Translations under genes and position numbers: made by a program | Shown here: piece by piece, positions 54,536-63,574 of the stretch | How positions within the stretch are numbered: position 1 is the first letter of the stretch | Layout: every line of letters begins with the position of its first letter | Origin: Acidimicrobiales bacterium | GTDB lineage: Bacteria; Actinomycetota; Acidimicrobiia; Acidimicrobiales; DATDAH01 | Length of the DNA stretch: 64,000 nt | NCBI GenBank assembly: GCA_044221555.1 | Contig: JBGAOY010000001.1 | Coordinates: forward strand, 135,793-199,792 | Direction: 5' to 3' | The notes under the pieces: model-generated | Told to the model about the DNA's origin: nothing | Databases searched by the model: none | What the model saw: the letters and a program-made list of their open reading frames with translations, nothing else

Positions 54536-55353
54536 GATCGAGCGAAGAGGATGATCGACACGGTGGCCAGTAGGGCGCTGATGGCCAGTCGAACCAGCGG
54601 TGCCGGCAGGCGGCGCTGCGCGAGCACACCGACCGTGCCGCCGAGCAGGCCGCCGACCACCACCGCCGCGCCCGCGTCGACGTCGAGGCGGCCCTGGGTG
54701 GCGAAGATCACCAGGCCGGTGGCCGCGGTGAAGCCGGTGGTGAACGTGGAGGTGGCCGCCGACACCTTGACCGGCACGTGCATGATCTCGCTCATGATCG
54801 GCGTCTTGATGAACCCGCCGCTCACGCCGGACAGGCCCGACACCAGGCCCGCTCCCACCATGGCCAGCAGACCCGCGGGCACCCGACGGGCCGCGTACGG
54901 GACGACCCCACCGGGTGCCTGGTAGGCGCCTGAGAGGGTGCCGGGCCACTCGCCTGCGACCTCGGCGTCGAACGTCGGCTGGGGGAGGTTGCGCATGCCC
55001 TTGCGGAGGCCCGCAGCCAGGGCCGACGACAGGGCCACGGCGGCGAGGATGCGGCTGAGGGTCGAGGCGGACAGCGAATCGGACAGCAGGGCACCCCCGA
55101 GCACGCCGAGGCTGGCCGTGGTCTCCATGGTGACCCCGAGACGGTGGTGCACGAGCCCGGCCTCGAGCTGTGGGACCGCCGCGGCCAACGACCCGGCCCC
55201 TGCCGAGAGCAGCCCGAGCGGTGCCGCCAACGCCGGCTCCGCCCCCAGGAGCACCAGGACCGGCACCAGGAGCACGGCGCCGCCCAGCCCGCCGAGGGCC
55301 CCCAGGCCCGCGGCGAAGAAGCTCAAACCGACCAGCGCGGCCTCCGGCGGCAT
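54532..55353 (-). CDS. Sulfite/anion exporter TauE/SafE family
   Basis: I trimmed the track ORF to the ATG at 55353 (MPPEAALVGLSFFAAGLGALGGLGGAVLLVPVLVLL..). The second half repeats the motif (GLSGVSGGFIKTPIM). Confidence 0.8.
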   Translation of the reverse strand: MPPEAALVGLSFFAAGLGALGGLGGAVLLVPVLVLLGAEPALAAPLGLLSAGAGSLAAAVPQLEAGLVHHRLGVTMETTASLGVLGGALLSDSLSASTLSRILAAVALSSALAAGLRKGMRNLPQPTFDAEVAGEWPGTLSGAYQAPGGVVPYAARRVPAGLLAMVGAGLVSGLSGVSGGFIKTPIMSEIMHVPVKVSAATSTFTTGFTAATGLVIFATQGRLDVDAGAAVVVGGLLGGTVGVLAQRRLPAPLVRLAISALLATVSIILFARS

Positions 55354-55354
55354 G

Positions 55355-56893
55355 TCAGCGCGTCGGATCGACCACGACGGCCTGGTCCGGCGCCAGCGAA
55401 CCGGCGAACGGAAGGCCCTCCGCATGGCCGTCGGAGGACACCACCACCGCACCGGTGACCGCGGACGGTCGTTCGGTGCCGGTGAAGTTGACCAGCACCA
55501 CGCGCCGGTCGCCGTCGGGTGCCGTGCGCTCGAACCCCAGCACGCCGGGGTCGGTGTCGAGGGGCTGCCAGCTGCCCAGGTGGAGCGCGGTCGACCGGCG
55601 GCGCTCGGCGAGCAGCCGCCGGTACAGGTGCAGGATCGAGTCGGGGTCGGACGCCTCGGACTCGACGCTGTGCGGCACGGGATCAGGAGGCCAGGGCAGC
55701 CAGGGCTCGGCGTCGGCCCAGCCGTGCGGGGGGCGCGCCGTCCACGGGATGGGTGCCCGGCAGCCGTCGCGGCCTCCGGGGTCGACCCGCCGATCCTCGG
55801 GGACGTCGGCGTCCTCGAGCCCGAGCTCCTCGCCGGCGTAGAGGAACGGGGTGCCCCGCAGCGTCAGGAGCAGCACGGCCGCGGCCCGCGCCCGCGCCTC
55901 GGTGCCGTAACGGGTGCGGTGGCGACGGTTGTCGTGGTTGGACAGCACCCAGGTGGGCCACGCACCTCGGGGCCCGTGCTCGGCCTCGGCCCTGCGGATC
56001 TGGTCGAGCCAGGCGTCGCGCTCCCACGGGCAGTAGAGCGGTGGGAAGTTGAACGCGAGGTGCAGGCCGTCGTTCTGGCCGTAGTACTCCGCGACCAGCC
56101 GGGTGTCGAGCAGGTACACCTCGCCCACCATCATCCGGTCGTCCGGGTAGCCGTCGAGCAGGCGGCGCAGGTCGCGAAGGATCGCGTGGGTGCGAGGGTC
56201 GTGGTTGAGCGCCGAGTGGGGGATGGGCACCAGATCGGCCGGGTCGTCGGGCAGGGCCGGGTCCTTGCCGAGGGCGTGGACCACGTCGATGCGGAGGCCG
56301 TCGACCCCGCGGTCGAGCCAGAAGCGCACCACGTCGTGCATCGCCTCACGTACGTCAGGGTTGCCCCAATTCAGGTCGGGCTGGGCCGGGAGGAACAGCC
56401 GCAGGTACCACTGACCGGTTGCGTCGTCGAAGGTCCACGCCGGCCCGCCGCCCCAGGTCTCGACCCAGTTGTTCGGCGGGCCACCGTCGGGAGCGGGGTC
56501 GCGCCACACGTACCAGTCGCGCTTCGGGTTGTCGCGGCTCGAGCGGGACTCGACGAACCACGGGTGCTGGTCCGAGGTGTGGTTCGGCACCCAGTCGATG
56601 ATCACCCGCACCCCGCGGGCGTGGGCCGCGGCCACCAGGGCGTCGAAGTCGGCCAGCGTGCCGAACAGCGGGTCGACATCGCAGTAGTCGGACACGTCGT
56701 AGCCGAAGTCGGCCATCGGCGAGCGGTAGAACGGTGAGAGCCAGATGGCGTCGACGCCGAGCCACACCAGGTGGTCGAGGTGGGCGAGGACACCCGGGAG
56801 GTCGCCCACGCCGTCCCCGTCGGTGTCCGCGAACGATCGTGGGTATATCTGGTACACCACCGCTGATTTCCACCACGGGACGCCGCCGGTCAT
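55355..56893 (-). CDS. GH13 alpha-glucosidase / oligo-1,6-glucosidase family
   Basis: I trimmed the track ORF to the ATG at 56893. Motifs are WWKSAVVYQIYPRSFAD, LGVDAIWLSPFY, VIIDWVPNHTSDQHPWF and GLRIDVVHAL. Confidence 0.88.
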   Translation of the reverse strand: MTGGVPWWKSAVVYQIYPRSFADTDGDGVGDLPGVLAHLDHLVWLGVDAIWLSPFYRSPMADFGYDVSDYCDVDPLFGTLADFDALVAAAHARGVRVIIDWVPNHTSDQHPWFVESRSSRDNPKRDWYVWRDPAPDGGPPNNWVETWGGGPAWTFDDATGQWYLRLFLPAQPDLNWGNPDVREAMHDVVRFWLDRGVDGLRIDVVHALGKDPALPDDPADLVPIPHSALNHDPRTHAILRDLRRLLDGYPDDRMMVGEVYLLDTRLVAEYYGQNDGLHLAFNFPPLYCPWERDAWLDQIRRAEAEHGPRGAWPTWVLSNHDNRRHRTRYGTEARARAAAVLLLTLRGTPFLYAGEELGLEDADVPEDRRVDPGGRDGCRAPIPWTARPPHGWADAEPWLPWPPDPVPHSVESEASDPDSILHLYRRLLAERRRSTALHLGSWQPLDTDPGVLGFERTAPDGDRRVVLVNFTGTERPSAVTGAVVVSSDGHAEGLPFAGSLAPDQAVVVDPTR

Positions 56894-57012
56894 CGGGCCG
56901 ACTGTAGGGGGTGGGAGACGTTGGGGGAGGCGCTGGCGGCGATGCGTGGTCGCGGCGGTCGCAGGCGCTAGAGTAAATGGACCGAACAGCGGCCTCAATG
57001 GGGAGCTGGCCC

Positions 57013-57210
57013 GTGAAAAAGGGTCGACACCGTCGCTTCGAAGAAGCGCGAGCACTGAAGCGAACAGAGCTGGATTTCGATCGGCTACTCGATCTCAAAG
57101 ACGAACAACCCTGCGCGGAGTGCGGCGCAGATCCTGGTCATGACCACGCCTCGTGGTGCCTGGCCGAAGAAAACCGCGAAGACGACGACGGAGAGCTCTG
57201 GGTTCAGTGA
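57013..57210 (+). CDS. Small acidic Cys/His-containing protein (65-77 aa depending on start)
   Basis: Candidate starts are the ATG at 56977, the ATG at 56998 and the GTG at 57013, which has GGGGAG upstream. The protein reads [65 protein letters not shown]. The gene sits in a visibly lower-GC patch. Confidence 0.4.
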   Translation: MKKGRHRRFEEARALKRTELDFDRLLDLKDEQPCAECGADPGHDHASWCLAEENREDDDGELWVQ

Positions 57211-57286
57211 GTTGAGTTGACCCGGCCCGGCCCCCACGGGGGCGGAGCCGTTCGTTGCATCTTCGTTCATCCGCGCCCGCACAACC

Positions 57287-59101
57287 ATGACTGCCACCTT
57301 CCGCAACGTCGCGCTCGTCGCCCACGTCGACCACGGCAAGACCACCCTCGTCGACGCCATGTTGCGCGCCACCGGTGTCTTCTCGGCCCACGAGAAGGTG
57401 ACCGAGCGCGTGATGGACTCGGGTGACCAGGAGCGCGAGCGGGGCATCACGATCCTGGCCAAGGCCGCGTCGGTGGAGTGGAAGGGTGTGCGCATCAACC
57501 TGGTGGACACACCGGGCCACGCCGACTTCGGTGGCGAGGTCGAGCGGGCGCTCGCGCTGGTCGACGGCGTGGTGCTGCTGGTCGATGCCGCCGAGGGGCC
57601 ACTGCCCCAGACGCGCTACGTGCTGTCGAAGGCACTGGCCGCCCACCTGCCCGCGGTCGTGGTGCTGAACAAGGTCGACCGGTCCGATGCCCGCACCGCC
57701 GAGGTGCTCGACGAGATCTACCAGCTGTTCTTCGACCTCGAGGCGGCCGACCACCACATCGAGTTCCCCATCGTCTCCACGATCGCCCGAGAGGGCCGCT
57801 CGATGGAGGGCGTGGGCCAGCCCGCCGAGGACGACGACCTCACCGCCCTGTTCGAGGCCATCGTGGCCACGGTGCCGGCGGCCACCGGCGATCCCGACGC
57901 CCCGCTGCAGGCCATCATCACCACGCTGGACGCCTCCGAGTACATGGGGCGCCTCGCCATCGGCCGCGTGATCCAGGGCACGCTCGACGCGAGCCGGCCG
58001 GTGACCCTGTTGGGCGACGTCGACGACGCACCCGTCACCCGCAAGGTGTCGCAGTTGATGGGCTTCGAGGGCGTCAGCCGGGTGGACGTCGAGCGGCGTG
58101 TCGCCGGCGACCTCTTCGTGATGGCCGGGTTCCCCGAGGTCGAGATCGGCGACACCATCGCCAGCCCCGAGCACCCGGTGGCGCTGCCACGGCTCGAGGT
58201 CGACGAGCCCGTTCTGCGCATGACCTTCGGCGTGAACACGTCGCCGCTGGCCGGCAAGGACGGCAAGTACCTCACCTCGCGCCATCTCATCGACCGGCTG
58301 GAGCGCGAGGTGCTCGGCAACGTGTCGATCAAGCTGGCCCCCACCGAGTCACCCGATCAGATCGACGTGGCCGGCCGTGGTGAGCTGCAGCTCGCGGTGC
58401 TCATCGAGGCCATGCGCCGCGAGGGCTTCGAGATGCAGGTCAGCCGCCCGGTCGTCGTCACCAAGGAGATCGACGGGCAGCTCCACGAGCCGCTCGAGCG
58501 GGGTGTGGTCGACGTGCCCGAGGAGTACGTCGGCACGGTCACCCAGGCCCTGGCCCCCCGCCGGGGGATCGTCTCCGACCTGCGCCCCGGCGACGCCGGT
58601 CGCAGCATCCTCACCTTCGAGGCCCCCACCAGAGGCCTGCTCGGCTTCCGCTCGATGCTGCTCACCGCCACCCGCGGCACCGCCATGTTGCACCAGCACA
58701 ACCACGGTTGGGTGCGCTGGGTGGGCGAGCTGCCCGGACGGCGCGGTGGCGCCATCCTCGCCGACCGCAGCGGCGTGGCCACCGCCTACGCGCTGGACAA
58801 GCTGCAGTCGCGTGGCGAGCTGTTCATCAAGCCCGGCGACGAGGTGTACGAGGGCATGGTGGTGGGGGAGAACTCCCGGGTCGACGACATGTCCGCCGAC
58901 GTCACCCGGGCCAAGCAGAAGACGAACATCCGCACCCACGCCGCCGACGACGCCGTGAAGCTGCCGCCGCCCCGCGAGATCACCCTCGAGGTGGGCATCG
59001 AGCTGATCAAGGACGACGAGCTGGTCGAGGTCACGCCCAACAGCATCCGTCTCCGCAAGCGCCTCCTCGCCGAGGCCGATCGGCGGCGGGCCAGCCGCTA
59101 G
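57287..59101 (+). CDS. typA: Translational GTPase TypA/BipA
   Basis: [32 protein letters not shown] and NKVDR are the G1-G4 motifs. The ORF is 604 aa with the typical BipA C-terminus. Confidence 0.95.
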   Translation: MTATFRNVALVAHVDHGKTTLVDAMLRATGVFSAHEKVTERVMDSGDQERERGITILAKAASVEWKGVRINLVDTPGHADFGGEVERALALVDGVVLLVDAAEGPLPQTRYVLSKALAAHLPAVVVLNKVDRSDARTAEVLDEIYQLFFDLEAADHHIEFPIVSTIAREGRSMEGVGQPAEDDDLTALFEAIVATVPAATGDPDAPLQAIITTLDASEYMGRLAIGRVIQGTLDASRPVTLLGDVDDAPVTRKVSQLMGFEGVSRVDVERRVAGDLFVMAGFPEVEIGDTIASPEHPVALPRLEVDEPVLRMTFGVNTSPLAGKDGKYLTSRHLIDRLEREVLGNVSIKLAPTESPDQIDVAGRGELQLAVLIEAMRREGFEMQVSRPVVVTKEIDGQLHEPLERGVVDVPEEYVGTVTQALAPRRGIVSDLRPGDAGRSILTFEAPTRGLLGFRSMLLTATRGTAMLHQHNHGWVRWVGELPGRRGGAILADRSGVATAYALDKLQSRGELFIKPGDEVYEGMVVGENSRVDDMSADVTRAKQKTNIRTHAADDAVKLPPPREITLEVGIELIKDDELVEVTPNSIRLRKRLLAEADRRRASR

Positions 59102-59120
59102 ACCGGCGCGCCTCGCGCTG

Positions 59121-59245
59121 GGCCCCTCCTTCGTCGGGGCGCCTTCGGCATCCGGTTCGTCGGCGCCGCTGCTCCGCTCGGCGGCCTGACATTGGCCCCT
59201 CCGTCGTCGGGGCGCCTTCGGCATCCGGTTCGTCGGCGCCGCTGC
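59121..59245. repeat. Two-copy tandem direct repeat (52-nt core, 73-nt period) in the convergent intergenic region
   Basis: ggcccctcc[t/g]tcgtcggggcgccttcggcatccggttcgtcggcgccgctgc lies at 59121-59172 and 59194-59245, with 51 of 52 positions identical. Each copy contains two GGCGCC palindromes. Confidence 0.85.
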
Positions 59246-59271
59246 ACCGCTCCGCGGCGCAGCCTCCGGGG

Positions 59272-60294
59272 TTACGCGGTCTGCTGCTGCTGAGCTCTCG
59301 CCACCTCGACCGCGACCTGGATGGCCCGGTCGACGTCCGACGGCTCCAGCACGACGACGGTCGGCAGTCCGCCGGAGCGCTCGGCCAGTGCGTACTCCGC
59401 CCGCTCGCGGTTGTCCTCGCGCACCCGCTCGGGCACGTCGACCAGCACGCCGCCCAGCATCACCCCGTGCGGTCGGCTGCGGTCGCCCAGCCGGCGCGGG
59501 TGGTTGTAGCGGATGGGGCCCGAGTACAAGATCCCCTCGAAGGCGCGGAACTGCGGCAGATCGACCCCCCTGGCCTCGAGGCGCTCGACGAGGGCCATGA
59601 TCAGCGCATGCTGGGCCCGGGTGCGCCGGTCGCAGAACGGCAGGATGTCGTCGGCGGTCAGCGGGTCGGCGGCCCGGTCGAGCATCTGGAGGGCCGGCTG
59701 GTAGGTCTGGCGGCGGCTCCCTGACCGCGTGCGCTTGAAGGCCCGCGGCGTGGGCTTGTCGCGGCTCACTGCGGCCATGGTGCGGTGCTCGAGGAACCGG
59801 ATGGCCCGCATGCCGTTGTGGCGGGCGCGGCGCAGCGTGTCGTCGTCGTAGGCCTGGGCCGACATCGAGTCGACGCCGCGCCCGGCGTCACGGATGCTGA
59901 CGAGGGCGGCGGCCAGCACCTGGTTCTCGGGGATGTCGTAGGCGCGCTGTGGCGACGAGCACACGTAGATGTCCTGGCTGCCGTGGCTGGACGACCGGGC
60001 CGACATGGTCTCGCTCCACAGCACCGGTCCCCGCAGCTCGCCGCGGCACTGCTCGGGGGAGCTGGTGGTGGACATGGCCAGCGAGCGCAGGGTGTGGGGC
60101 ATGATCGCCAGCAGGGCCTCGGCCTCGGCGCTGGTGGCCAGCATCGTGCCTGCCAACTGGCGCACGACGTTGGGCGACAGCCCGAGCACGGCGTCGACCA
60201 TGGCCACCACGTCGAACGGGCGCCGGATGCGTCCCCACAGGGCGCGGGTGGCGTCCGGCGGCCCGCTGCCCTGGAACTCGGCGGCGGCGGCCAC
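59272..60294 (-). CDS. Hypothetical protein, possible divergent McrC/DUF2357-like partner of the upstream AAA+ protein
   Basis: The ORF is 340 aa. Its GTG start lies 1 nt after the AAA+ stop. YDIPENQVLAAALVSI is reminiscent of the xxxENRxLK motif of McrC-type proteins. I could see no clear PD-(D/E)xK triad. Confidence 0.4.
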   Translation of the reverse strand: MAAAAEFQGSGPPDATRALWGRIRRPFDVVAMVDAVLGLSPNVVRQLAGTMLATSAEAEALLAIMPHTLRSLAMSTTSSPEQCRGELRGPVLWSETMSARSSSHGSQDIYVCSSPQRAYDIPENQVLAAALVSIRDAGRGVDSMSAQAYDDDTLRRARHNGMRAIRFLEHRTMAAVSRDKPTPRAFKRTRSGSRRQTYQPALQMLDRAADPLTADDILPFCDRRTRAQHALIMALVERLEARGVDLPQFRAFEGILYSGPIRYNHPRRLGDRSRPHGVMLGGVLVDVPERVREDNRERAEYALAERSGGLPTVVVLEPSDVDRAIQVAVEVARAQQQQTA

Positions 60295-60295
60295 G

Positions 60296-61231
60296 TCAGA
60301 GCGTGAGCTCGACGCCCAGCACCCCTTGGATGGTGCGCTGGGCCTCGGCCTGCTCCTCGGGGTCGAACAGGTTCTCGACGGTCCGATAGAGCTTGGTGGC
60401 CCGGAGGTCGTCGAAGCCCTCGAACTGGGGCAGGAAGTAGGCGTAGAACACCTCGTACAGCAGGCGCGAGTCGGTGGCGCCGTCCTGGCGGCGCCGGGCC
60501 GCGTAGCGGGCCGCGTCGAGGTACACCGCGGGCCCCAGGTCGCTGAAGTTCCGCAGCGGCAACAGCTTGTTGACGATCTCGCCCGGACCCTGCAGCAGCC
60601 GCTGGTAGGACGCCTCGTCGGGCGTGCCCACCTCGATGAACGCGAAGCGCCGCATGAGCGCGTACGACATCTCGAACAGCAGGTTCTTGTCGAACACGTT
60701 CATGGTGGCGATGATGCGCCAGCGGCTGGGCAGCCGGATCACGTCGGTGTCCCGCGGCGCCTCGACACCGGTCGGCACCAGTGAGAGGGGGTTGGGCTGG
60801 CCCTTGCGCTTGAAGGGGAGCACCACGGGCTGGCCGGACAGGACCGTGAACAGCTGCCCGAACGCGCGGTCGAAGTTCGAGCGGTTGAGCTCGTCGATGA
60901 CCAGCCAGCGCCCGGACTCGATGGCCTCGACGAACAGACCGGGACGGTAGATGAGGCCTTCGGCCGTGGGCTGGAGGCCGCCGATGGTCTCGAAGGTCGT
61001 CCACTCGGTGGTGGCCGTGGTGGGCAGGTAGCCGGTGCACAGCATCGCCTGCTGGGCGACCTCGGCGGCCATGTAGGCCAACGTGGTCTTTCCGGTGCCC
61101 GGGGGCCCCGTCAGGATCACGTGCTTGCCCGCGTCGATCGCCGCGACCAGCTGATCGAGCACGTGAGTGGGGAAATACATGCCGGCGCTGTCGGCCGCGC
61201 TCTTCAGCTCTGCTGCGGTGAAGGACCTCAC
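60296..61231 (-). CDS. McrB-like AAA+ NTPase (AAA_5 core only, no N-terminal DNA-binding domain)
   Basis: The ORF is 311 aa. Motifs are Walker A ILTGPPGTGKTT, Walker B with the McrB signature LVIDELNRSNFDRAFGQLFTVLSG, then WRIIATMNVFDKNLLFEMSYALMRRFAFIEV. GAGGAGA lies upstream of the ATG. Confidence 0.7.
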   Translation of the reverse strand: MRSFTAAELKSAADSAGMYFPTHVLDQLVAAIDAGKHVILTGPPGTGKTTLAYMAAEVAQQAMLCTGYLPTTATTEWTTFETIGGLQPTAEGLIYRPGLFVEAIESGRWLVIDELNRSNFDRAFGQLFTVLSGQPVVLPFKRKGQPNPLSLVPTGVEAPRDTDVIRLPSRWRIIATMNVFDKNLLFEMSYALMRRFAFIEVGTPDEASYQRLLQGPGEIVNKLLPLRNFSDLGPAVYLDAARYAARRRQDGATDSRLLYEVFYAYFLPQFEGFDDLRATKLYRTVENLFDPEEQAEAQRTIQGVLGVELTL

Positions 61232-61324
61232 GGTCTCCTCGTCGGTCGCTCCGGCGTGGTTGCTTAGGCCCTGGGACCCAATCAGTCGCCGCGCCCGAGC
61301 CGGCCGAGCGCCGGGCGCCGGGCG

Positions 61325-62080
61325 CTAGCGGTCTGCCGGTCGCCTGGCGAGTGCGGGATGGGGGAGCAGCACCGGTTGCCGGTCGGCGTCGGCGCGCGCG
61401 TCGAGCACCTCGACCAGGTGGTCGTACGCCACCTGGCCGACCAGCGCGACGATCTCGTCCCGCAGGGCGCGGTACACGGGACGGTCGCCCACGAAGGCGA
61501 GTGGGTCCTCGGTGCACCACCAGTGGAACTCCTGGCCACCCTCGCCCCAGTCGCGACGCTTCCACTCGCGCAGCGTGGAGGTGACGTGGCCGTTCTCGTC
61601 CACGTGGTCGACGAGGCGCAGCGGCAACTGCCAGCAGACCTCGGGCTTCCAGTCCAGCGGGCGCTCGCCCCGGGCCAGGGCGGCCTGATGGAGCGAGCAC
61701 CCGGCGCCCGCGGGGTGACCGGGGCGGTTCAACATGATGCAGGCGTCGTCGGCCTGGCGGGTGACGGTGTCGCCCGCCTCGTCGACGTGGACGGCCCCGC
61801 CGGCGGCCGCGGCCTCGCCGTGGAACTGCCACTCGTCGGGGCCCAGCTCGGCGATGCGCCGCTCGACTCGGGACCGGTCGGCCTCACCGGTGAAGTGGGC
61901 ACCGTAGGAGCAGCAGCCCTGCTCGGCGTCGGCCGCAGGCCCCGTGAGCACCCCCGGACAGCCCCGGCCGAAGATGCAGTCCCAGTTGCTGGTGAGGAAG
62001 GTGAGATCGAACAGCCAGGTGCGGTGCTCGTCGTCGGCGTCGAACGACAGCCACTCGTGCAGGTCGTCCGGGGCCGTCAC
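61325..62080 (-). CDS. Conserved Cys-rich hypothetical protein (about 250 aa)
   Basis: Only the 3' 756 nt of the 809-aa track ORF looks coding (VTAPDDLHEWLSFDADDEHRTWLFDLTFLTSNWDCIFGRGCPGVL..GCCSYGAHF..ACIMLNRPG..GCSLH..EVCWQLP..). The rest is antisense to glcD. The start is a GTG at 62080. Confidence 0.6.
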   Translation of the reverse strand: MTAPDDLHEWLSFDADDEHRTWLFDLTFLTSNWDCIFGRGCPGVLTGPAADAEQGCCSYGAHFTGEADRSRVERRIAELGPDEWQFHGEAAAAGGAVHVDEAGDTVTRQADDACIMLNRPGHPAGAGCSLHQAALARGERPLDWKPEVCWQLPLRLVDHVDENGHVTSTLREWKRRDWGEGGQEFHWWCTEDPLAFVGDRPVYRALRDEIVALVGQVAYDHLVEVLDARADADRQPVLLPHPALARRPADR

Positions 62081-62128
62081 AGGCAGCGACCGTATCGGGC
62101 GGCGCCGGCGGTGGGGCACACTGACCGG

Positions 62129-63574
62129 GTGCACGCCCCTCACGCGGCCGACGCCGACGCCGGCCTGGTGGGCGAACTGCGCCGGGTGCTCGGCGACGAG
62201 GCGGTGCACGCGTCGGCCATCGACCGTGCGCTGTACGGCCGCGACGCCTCGACCATCGACGTGGGTGATGCCGCCGCGGTGTGCTTCCCCGTCGACACGG
62301 AGGGCGTGGCCGGCTGCGTGCGAGTGGCCGTGGCGCACGGTCGGCCGTTCGTGGCCCGGGGATCGGGGACGGGCCTGGCCGGTGGCGCGGTGCCCGTCGA
62401 CGGCGCGGTCGTGATCTCGACCACCCGGATGAACCGCATCCTGTCGGTGGACGTGGAGCACCACCTGGCCTGGGTGGAGCCCGGCGTGATCAACCTCGAC
62501 CTGACTCGGGCACTGGCCCCGCTCGGCGTCCACTTCGCCCCCGACCCGTCGAGCCAGCAGGCGTGCTCGATCGGCGGCAACGTGGCCAACAACGCCGGTG
62601 GCCCCCACTGCCTGGCCTACGGGGTCACCAGTGCTCACGTGGTGGCCCTGGAGGTGGTGCTGGCCGACGGCACCGTCACCCGGCTGGGCGACCCGGGCGG
62701 CGTGGCGGGCTACGACCTCCGGGGCGCCTTCGTGGGCTCGGAGGGCACCTTCGGCGTCACCACCGCGGTGGCGGTGCGGCTCACCCCGAACCCGCCGGCG
62801 GTGCAGACGATGCTGGTCGACTTCGAGCGCGTGGAGGACGCCGCCGCGGCCGTGAGTGCGGTGATCGCCGCCGGTGTGGTGCCCGCGGCCCTGGAGATGA
62901 TGGACGCCCGCATCACCCGGGCGGTGGAGGACTTCGTCCACGCAGGGTTCCCCACCGACGCGGCCGCGGTGCTGCTCGTGGAAGTGGACGGGCTGCCCGG
63001 CGGCGTGGCCGTCGATGCGGCCACCGTCGACCGGGTCGTCCGGGAGCACGGGGCGCGCACGGTGCGGGTGGCCGCCGACGAGGCCGAGCGGGCGCTGCTG
63101 TGGAAGGGGCGCAAGACGGCCTTCGGTGCCGTGGCCCGCATCCTGCCCAACTACTACCTGCACGACACGGTGGTGCCCCGGTCGAGGCTGGTGGACGTGC
63201 TGGCCGAGATCTACGCCATCGCCGAGCGTCACGACCTGCTGGTGATGAACGTGTTCCATGCCGGCGACGGCAACCTGCACCCCCTGCTGGTGTTCGACGC
63301 CAGGGTGCCGGGCACGATGGAACGGGTGCACGCGGCCGGCGCCGAGATCGTCGCCGCGTCCCTCGCCGCGGGTGGGGTGCTGTCGGGCGAGCACGGCATC
63401 GGCCTCGAGAAGCGCGACTTCATGCCCCTGTTGTTCGGGCCCGACGACCTGGACGCCCAGGCCCGCCTGCGGGCGGCGTTCGACCCGGTCGGGCTGGCCA
63501 ATCCCACCAAGATCCTTCCCAGCGGCTCGCGCTGTGCCGACCTGCAGTCGGTGCCCGAGGGGCTGTGGGTGTGA
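62129..63574 (+). CDS. glcD: FAD-linked oxidase (glycolate oxidase subunit GlcD / D-lactate dehydrogenase family)
   Basis: I trimmed the track ORF to the GTG at 62129. Features are the PCMH-type FAD-binding region FVARGSGTGLAGGAVP.., ..GPHCLAYGVT.. and the C-terminal ..SGEHGIGLEKRDFM... Confidence 0.85.
   Translation: MHAPHAADADAGLVGELRRVLGDEAVHASAIDRALYGRDASTIDVGDAAAVCFPVDTEGVAGCVRVAVAHGRPFVARGSGTGLAGGAVPVDGAVVISTTRMNRILSVDVEHHLAWVEPGVINLDLTRALAPLGVHFAPDPSSQQACSIGGNVANNAGGPHCLAYGVTSAHVVALEVVLADGTVTRLGDPGGVAGYDLRGAFVGSEGTFGVTTAVAVRLTPNPPAVQTMLVDFERVEDAAAAVSAVIAAGVVPAALEMMDARITRAVEDFVHAGFPTDAAAVLLVEVDGLPGGVAVDAATVDRVVREHGARTVRVAADEAERALLWKGRKTAFGAVARILPNYYLHDTVVPRSRLVDVLAEIYAIAERHDLLVMNVFHAGDGNLHPLLVFDARVPGTMERVHAAGAEIVAASLAAGGVLSGEHGIGLEKRDFMPLLFGPDDLDAQARLRAAFDPVGLANPTKILPSGSRCADLQSVPEGLWV

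Noticed and set aside
52043-55353. A sulfur-handling 'system' made of MobA, rhodanese and TauE/DUF1634.
   Set aside because: The genes are split by rnd, lie on opposite strands and are individually common housekeeping functions. Nothing in the sequence links them.
61307-61326. A palindrome, agcgcc-gggcgccg-ggcgct, overlapping the stop codon of the Cys-rich gene, considered as a terminator ahead of the AAA+ gene.
   Set aside because: The stem is only 6 bp, there is no U-tract, and GC-rich palindromes of this size are frequent in this sequence by chance.
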